Below are positions 58,783 through 64,000 of a DNA stretch of 64,000 nt, piece by piece. This DNA is from Patescibacteria group bacterium (GTDB taxonomy: Bacteria; Patescibacteriota; Minisyncoccia; Phycocordibacterales; Phycocordibacteraceae): NCBI GenBank assembly GCA_019744845.1, contig JAIETW010000001.1, positions 80,299-144,298 of the forward strand. The letters run 5' to 3'. Each line of letters opens with the position of its first letter. The stretch's first letter is position 1. The notes beneath the pieces were generated by a model, which ran no database searches, had not been told where the DNA came from, and saw nothing but the letters and a program-made list of their open reading frames with translations. A program made the position numbers and the translations under genes.

Positions 58783-61527
58783 TTAAAGAGATAAGTACCG
58801 CTTCCGGATGGCGCCTTCTACCGTTGCGCGATCACGACCATAGGTAAGGTATGAAAGTTCACGAAGATCATCCACCTGATCCAAGTTCCCCTTTGCGAGA
58901 TCACGAGTCTTAATGTTAAACGGCTTCTGCGGCACGCCGTTTGCAAGCAAGCGAATATACGCATTGCGGTTCTCAATATTCACGAAATCAAGCGCAGAGA
59001 ACACCGGTGCAAATTGTTTTGCAAAGAACTCGCCATCTTCCTCACCCACACGGAAGATCGCCATAGAACCGACGTTACCAAACACTGCATCACGAATATT
59101 CTCATCTACCTGCTTCAAGAACTGGTGCGCGATAGTCAATGAAAGCTTGTACTTACGAGCCTCAGAGAGAATGCCTGGAATAGACTTGGTCGTAATGTTC
59201 TGGAACTCGTCAATGTAGAGATAGAACGGTGGGAAATCACCACGAGGATTATCTGCGCGTCCAAGGGCGGACATAAAGAGCTTGCCGACAATGATAAGAC
59301 CGAGGAGGTTTGCGTTACGTTCACCAAGACGACCCTTAGAAAGGTTCACCAGGAGAATCTTTCGGTTATCCATGATTTCCCGGAAGTTAAAGGAAGATTC
59401 CTGCTGACCCATAATTGGACGCATGAAGTCGTTCGCAATAAATTCATCAAACTTGTTGGTGATGTACGGCACAATGTTCTGGAGTGAGGCCTCACCTTCT
59501 GCCTTGGTGGCAATCTCTTCCCAGAACTGATTCACGACCATGTTATTGCTCTTCGCGAGCTTACGGTAGCGGAACTCTGAGTTAGAGAGCACACGAGAAA
59601 TATCAAGCATGGTAGAGCCTGACTCTGGATCCTCCATCACGAGCTGAGTCGCGTTACGGAAGTACTGTTCAAAGGCAGGGCCCATAGATTCCGGCACATC
59701 TCCATAGAGCTGACGGAAGATCATAAGAAGTTCGTTCACAATGAAGGACTTCTGCTCAGGACGCTGTGGATCGTACTCAAGCATGTTCAAACCAAACGGA
59801 CGATCAATGTATGCTGGATCAAAGTAGATCACGTCGTTGTAACGCTCTGGTGGGACAGTCGCAAGCACCTCAAGAATGTCGTTACCGTGTGGGTCAATGA
59901 AACAGACACCCTCACCATTCTTAATGTCTTGCTCTATAAGCGTACGCAAGAATCCGGTCTTACCAGTACCAGTCTGACCGATCACATAGAGGTGGCGGAG
60001 ACGATCCTGCGTATCCATGAACACCTCGCTCTTCGTACCTCTAAAGATGTTAGAACCAAGATGGATTCCCTTCTGTGGAAGCCCAACAGGTGCGGCTGCG
60101 GCAGTGAAGCGAGACTGCTTCAAGTGTGGTGAGGAATCAATTCCCTTTGGTGGGAAGTGATACATGGTCGTAAGCTCACGCAGTGAGAGCGGCATCGTAT
60201 TCTCGTGTGAGAACAAACGGAAAGAGAAATCACGGAAGTGCTTTTTTTCTTTTCCTCCCTTCATACGCTTCCACTCCACTCGGTTCCCCTGGGTCGCTTC
60301 AAACTGGTTAAAGGACGATTCCAGTTCCCCAAGCACCTGGTTGGCTTTAATAGGATCTGGAGACGAAACCACAATACGCATAGTGGTATCAACAACGGGA
60401 GCCGCAATCTTTGCCTCCACTGACTTTACGGTCGCCTCTTCAATGTTTTCCCTGTTTGGCTTCAGGTCAAAGATCGCTCCTTCAATATCATGCACAAACT
60501 CTCCCATAAGGTTCTCGGGGAGCGAGAGCGCACGCATGCGCGGCATACCACGACGAAGCTCGTACAAGATACGACGGAAGTGCTTCACATACTTATCTCC
60601 TCGGGGCTTAATAATCACCTGAAGTGAGGCGCCCTCTCCTTCGTTCTCAATCTTCGCGAATGCGTTCAATATTGAGTTGAGTGGATCGTAATCAAATTCT
60701 GAGTAGTCCTTAAGTGCAAGCGCAGGCTTGTCTGCAAGTGTCGCAACTGATCCCACCGCAACACCGTCCTGTGCAAATACGTTGTAATCGTTTGGCTGCA
60801 CCGTAATGACTGCGTTCGGGAAGATAGCGAGAATCTGTTTTTCAAAAAGAGAGGTCTTGCTCTTTGGAATAGCGGCATAGAACTGAAGATGTGGATCATC
60901 TACAGGAACTGAAAGTTCAAGAGAGAAGTATGGAGGCTCTCCTGCATACGTAGATTCTACCGACATCATTCCTGAGTAGAACTGCTCCATTGAAGAAATG
61001 ACTTCTTTAAGCTGTTTGTTACGAGTCTCCGCCTTATCTGCATCTTCAGCGTTCGGTTCTGGAAGAGAGATCTCATACAGCGTCATTTGGAGCGCTTTCC
61101 ACTCTGGCTGGTTTTCTCCAAGACCGCGAATACGCATGCCCGCGAGGAGATATGCGACAAGGAAACGATGGAAGTCGTCCTCTAGGTGCGGATTCTTAAG
61201 CTTCTCAAGAATAGAGAGTGCGTTATGGATACCCCTGGTTTCCATAATCCCGCGAAGCTCAAGCATCGTCGCGTCATCACTCTCGGGGTCTAGATTGAGT
61301 GCAATATCCTGCATCTCAGACTCCGACATACGAAATTCAGGATGGAGCACCTCTTCAGCAGGAGTCTGCTTGTGATGAATGATGCGCTCATGGATGATCT
61401 CAGCACGAGAAGATCCCTGCTTCAGCGCCTCAAGCTCACGTTCCTTTGCCTCTACTTGTGCGCGTAGGTGTTCAAGCTCCTCTTCGTGTGAGGATATGGG
61501 GTGATGTCCTTCCACATTCTGTGGCAT
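58783..61527 (-). CDS. Large P-loop NTPase of the TraG/TraD/VirD4-VirB4 (T4SS-type DNA-translocation ATPase) class. It has no TM segment. The ATPase module of about 400 aa is preceded by a unique soluble region of about 500 aa.
   Basis: Walker A VIGQTGTGKTGFLRTL followed by CFIDPHGND. Walker B-like FYLYIDEFQN. C-terminal SLTIAHQFLKQV...VFGNVGSMAIFRVG matches T4CP/VirB4 motifs. Length 914 aa. Confidence 0.55.
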   Translation of the reverse strand: MPQNVEGHHPISSHEEELEHLRAQVEAKERELEALKQGSSRAEIIHERIIHHKQTPAEEVLHPEFRMSESEMQDIALNLDPESDDATMLELRGIMETRGIHNALSILEKLKNPHLEDDFHRFLVAYLLAGMRIRGLGENQPEWKALQMTLYEISLPEPNAEDADKAETRNKQLKEVISSMEQFYSGMMSVESTYAGEPPYFSLELSVPVDDPHLQFYAAIPKSKTSLFEKQILAIFPNAVITVQPNDYNVFAQDGVAVGSVATLADKPALALKDYSEFDYDPLNSILNAFAKIENEGEGASLQVIIKPRGDKYVKHFRRILYELRRGMPRMRALSLPENLMGEFVHDIEGAIFDLKPNRENIEEATVKSVEAKIAAPVVDTTMRIVVSSPDPIKANQVLGELESSFNQFEATQGNRVEWKRMKGGKEKKHFRDFSFRLFSHENTMPLSLRELTTMYHFPPKGIDSSPHLKQSRFTAAAAPVGLPQKGIHLGSNIFRGTKSEVFMDTQDRLRHLYVIGQTGTGKTGFLRTLIEQDIKNGEGVCFIDPHGNDILEVLATVPPERYNDVIYFDPAYIDRPFGLNMLEYDPQRPEQKSFIVNELLMIFRQLYGDVPESMGPAFEQYFRNATQLVMEDPESGSTMLDISRVLSNSEFRYRKLAKSNNMVVNQFWEEIATKAEGEASLQNIVPYITNKFDEFIANDFMRPIMGQQESSFNFREIMDNRKILLVNLSKGRLGERNANLLGLIIVGKLFMSALGRADNPRGDFPPFYLYIDEFQNITTKSIPGILSEARKYKLSLTIAHQFLKQVDENIRDAVFGNVGSMAIFRVGEEDGEFFAKQFAPVFSALDFVNIENRNAYIRLLANGVPQKPFNIKTRDLAKGNLDQVDDLRELSYLTYGRDRATVEGAIRKRYLSL

Positions 61528-61593
61528 ATAGCCTTAAGTATAACAGCACCACGCCCGTGAAAGAGCGTGGTGCTGTAGAAAAGAACCTGTAAT

Positions 61594-61920
61594 TTACTTC
61601 CTGACCCCGAAGAGTGCGGTAATCAAGGAAAGGATGATCGCAAAGAAGAGCGCGGACCAGAATCCTGCAACCGCAAACCCAGGCACAATAGCACTCGCGA
61701 GCATGATGAGAAGCGCGTTCACCACCAAGGAGAAAAGACCAAGGGTGATGATGTTAATCGGAAGCGTGAGGATCGTAATGATCGGCTTCACGAACACATT
61801 AATAAGCGCGAGGACAACAGCAAGCACAATTGAGCCAAGGAGTGTCACCTCTACGCCCGGAATAAGATAGGCAGCGAGAAGAATCGCAATTGCCGTGACA
61901 AGCCAGTGTATGAAGTTCAT
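61594..61920 (-). CDS. DUF360 (phage-holin-4_2-like) 4-TM membrane protein
   Basis: WLVTAIAILLAAYLIPGVEV...ALINVFVKPIITILTLPINIITLGLFSLVVNALLIMLAS matches the DUF360 consensus. Length 108 aa. Confidence 0.6.
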   Translation of the reverse strand: MNFIHWLVTAIAILLAAYLIPGVEVTLLGSIVLAVVLALINVFVKPIITILTLPINIITLGLFSLVVNALLIMLASAIVPGFAVAGFWSALFFAIILSLITALFGVRK

Positions 61921-61975
61921 GTAGTTCAGTTAAAGCCTAGTAACACCTCACAGCATACTCTCTTCACGTGATGAC

Positions 61976-62878
61976 TTAATGAAGAAGGGTGTACAAGAGC
62001 GCCATACGCACATAGAGACCATTTCGTGCCTGCTCAAAGTACCGAGCGTGTGGGGACGCATCTACCTCCGGTTCAATCTCATCTACACGAGGAAGTGGGT
62101 GCATGATGATTGCTTCTTCCTTCATACGATCAGCCACCTCACGGGTAATAACGTAACGACCCTTAAACTTCAGGTACTCATCCTTGCTTGGGAAGCGCTC
62201 CTTCTGAATACGGGTCTGATAGATCACATCTGCGTCTTTGAGTACGGACTCCATATCCTCGGTTTCGCTAAAGGAAATTCCCTTCTCGGTAAGGTGGTCT
62301 TTGATATCTGAAGCCATACCAAGTTCGCTTGGCGCCACAAAGGTAATCTTCACTCCTGGATACTTTGAGAGCATGTATACAAAGGAGCGTACGGTGCGTC
62401 CGTTCTTAAGATCGCCTACAAATGCCACGTGCTTCCCTGATACTTCTCCAAACTCCTTACGCACCGTATACAAATCAAGAAGTGCCTGTGTTGGGTGCTG
62501 ACCAATACCATCTCCTGCGTTCACGACTGGAACTTCAGAGGCTAGAGCCGCCTTGGCCGCAGATCCCACTTCTGGATGACGAATGACAATGACATCTGCA
62601 TAACCATTGATCACACGGATCGTATCCTCAAGCGTCTCTCCTTTTGCTGCAGAAGAAAACTCTCCTGCGTTCTCCGTACCAATGACCGCACCTCCTAGCT
62701 TCACCATCGCGGATTCAAACGAAAGACGAGTACGCGTGGATGGCTCATAGAAAAGACTTGCCATGGTCTTCCCGGAAAGTGCCGTTGGTTCAGGAGACTC
62801 CTGTAAACGATCCGCAAGCGTAAAAAGAGTTTCAAGTGACTCCTGATCAAACTGCTGTGTTTCTACGACGTGCTTCAT
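61976..62878 (-). CDS. pyrB: Aspartate carbamoyltransferase catalytic subunit
   Basis: STRTR motif (YEPSTRTRLSFE), HPTQALLD-like HPLP... blocks. Length 300 aa. Confidence 0.88.
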   Translation of the reverse strand: MKHVVETQQFDQESLETLFTLADRLQESPEPTALSGKTMASLFYEPSTRTRLSFESAMVKLGGAVIGTENAGEFSSAAKGETLEDTIRVINGYADVIVIRHPEVGSAAKAALASEVPVVNAGDGIGQHPTQALLDLYTVRKEFGEVSGKHVAFVGDLKNGRTVRSFVYMLSKYPGVKITFVAPSELGMASDIKDHLTEKGISFSETEDMESVLKDADVIYQTRIQKERFPSKDEYLKFKGRYVITREVADRMKEEAIIMHPLPRVDEIEPEVDASPHARYFEQARNGLYVRMALLYTLLH

Positions 62879-63657
62879 ACGCGGTATTGGTTAATCTCAT
62901 CACGGAGCTCCTGTGCAGCCTTCTTTGGATCTTCTGCAAAGATGATGCCCCGAGAGGAGGAGATAATGAGGTTACTGCCTCCTGCTTCAACGACAGCCTT
63001 CACATCTCCACCCTGTGCGCCGACACCAGGAACCAAGAAAGTCATCTCTGGTGCGACTTCGCGTACCTTCTGCATCTCCTCTGGATAGGTGGCGCCTACT
63101 ACAAGCATACAGTTTCCATTCTCATTCCACTCTCCTGCTACCTTTCGTGCGACAGTGAGCCAGAGCGGGCTTCCATCTGCGACAAGATCCTGCAGTTCTC
63201 CAGCACCAGGGTTAGAGGTACGACAAAGCACAATGCTTGTCTTATCTTTGCGTGCGAGAAATGGAGCGAGCGCTTCTTTACCAAGATATGGATGGAGCGT
63301 GACCGCATCTGCGCCAAGCCAGTTAAAGCTCATGGTTACGTATCCTTCGTTCGTATTCCCAATGTCTGCACGCTTTGCATCAAGAATGGTGAAGTGTGAA
63401 GGATACTTCTCCTTTAGATAGTCAAAGACCATCTTGAGCTCCTTCATTCCCTCTTCCCCGCGTGCTTCAAAAAATGCACTGTTTGGTTTGTATGCCGCGA
63501 CATACTCTGCAGTCTCATCAATGATCCACTGACAGAAGGAGAGCTGTGGGAGTGCGTCTGCCTTAAAACGTTCAGGTAGTTTATTGAAATCAGCGTCAAG
63601 CCCAACGCACACGAGCGTGTTTCCTTCCTTTACTCGTGCGTCGTATTTCGTATTCAT
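62875..63657 (-). CDS. pyrF: Orotidine-5'-phosphate decarboxylase (long/type-2 form)
   Basis: LVCVGLDAD...ILDAKRADIGNT blocks. Length 260 aa. Overlaps pyrB by 4 nt. Confidence 0.8.
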   Translation of the reverse strand: MNTKYDARVKEGNTLVCVGLDADFNKLPERFKADALPQLSFCQWIIDETAEYVAAYKPNSAFFEARGEEGMKELKMVFDYLKEKYPSHFTILDAKRADIGNTNEGYVTMSFNWLGADAVTLHPYLGKEALAPFLARKDKTSIVLCRTSNPGAGELQDLVADGSPLWLTVARKVAGEWNENGNCMLVVGATYPEEMQKVREVAPEMTFLVPGVGAQGGDVKAVVEAGGSNLIISSSRGIIFAEDPKKAAQELRDEINQYRV

Positions 63658-64000
63658 GCTATTCCTTTCTTCTCAAGAAACTTCTTGCCGTGCCCGACTG
63701 CCGTATTCACCGGCACTCCCGCTTCACACAGTGGACATTCTTCTTCTGGGTATGACTCTGCAGAAAGTTCAGAAAGCCAGCTAAACGGTGCACCGATGCT
63801 TTCTGAGTTAATTGTCTTTGGATCACGATTCACCATCACACACACCTGCACCACATTGCCTCCAACCTCACGTACCGCATTTACCACCTTCTTTACCGAT
63901 CCTCCGGTAGATGTGGTGTCCTCAAGTACGAGGACGTTCTTTCCATTTACCACCTTGTCATAGCTGCGACGGAACACCTGATCTTCTTCATCGCCCTTCT
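63654..64000 (-). CDS. pyrE: Orotate phosphoribosyltransferase, C-terminal part. The gene continues beyond the window end.
   Basis: PRPP-binding motif VLVLEDTTSTGGS. Overlaps pyrF by 4 nt. The N-terminus is outside the window. Confidence 0.7.
   Translation of the reverse strand, partial: KGDEEDQVFRRSYDKVVNGKNVLVLEDTTSTGGSVKKVVNAVREVGGNVVQVCVMVNRDPKTINSESIGAPFSWLSELSAESYPEEECPLCEAGVPVNTAVGHGKKFLEKKGIA

Overview
This 64 kb window looks like a gene-dense, streamlined bacterial chromosome segment with about 50% GC. Nearly all genes sit on the minus strand, many with 1-4 nt start/stop overlaps. Several normally large proteins are shortened (AlaRS 646 aa, UvrC 418 aa, UvrA 876 aa, ATP-synthase epsilon 82 aa), and a SWIB-domain protein and a cysteine-free L36 are present. 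I infer from this a CPR/Patescibacteria-like or similarly reduced genome; no rRNA is present to confirm the lineage.

Recognisable content, in order:
- Ribosomal tail: rpsK' (partial), rpsM, rpmJ, infA.
- A PilM/FtsA-like ATPase next to a bitopic membrane protein.
- alaS, a DUF1028 protein and an M13 peptidase.
- A repair/nuclease cluster: ung, a standalone MGMT, an Fe-S PD-(D/E)XK nuclease and an ATP-cone-Mrr fusion.
- mnmA and a purB-purC-purM-purE-purQ-purL operon.
- mltG, a sigma-region-4/HARE-HTH protein, leuS, an SLT transglycosylase, ychF and a candidate SemiSWEET.
- A complete F1Fo atpBEFHAGDC operon.
- A region with four tRNAs (Ala-GGC, Pro-CGG, Val-CAC, Ala-UGC) interleaved with DUF1003, NUDIX, SWIB and pterin-dehydratase genes.
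- ddl, uvrC and uvrA.
- A two-subunit ATP-citrate lyase (aclBA).
- A GNAT acetyltransferase, uvrB and tgt.
- A large charged coiled-coil protein, an FKBP and a 914-aa TraG/VirB4-like P-loop ATPase with no transmembrane segment, next to a DUF360 membrane protein.
- pyrB, pyrF and the start of pyrE.

No CRISPR array, transposase, integrase or rRNA was seen.

Most worth follow-up:
- the aclBA pair in a reduced genome;
- the ung-MGMT-nuclease-ATPcone/Mrr cluster;
- the soluble TraG/VirB4-like ATPase module with unannotated partners;
- several unannotated membrane and coiled-coil proteins.

All protein assignments rest on motifs recognised by eye in the translations; no database search was run. Manual coordinates may be off by 1 nt.
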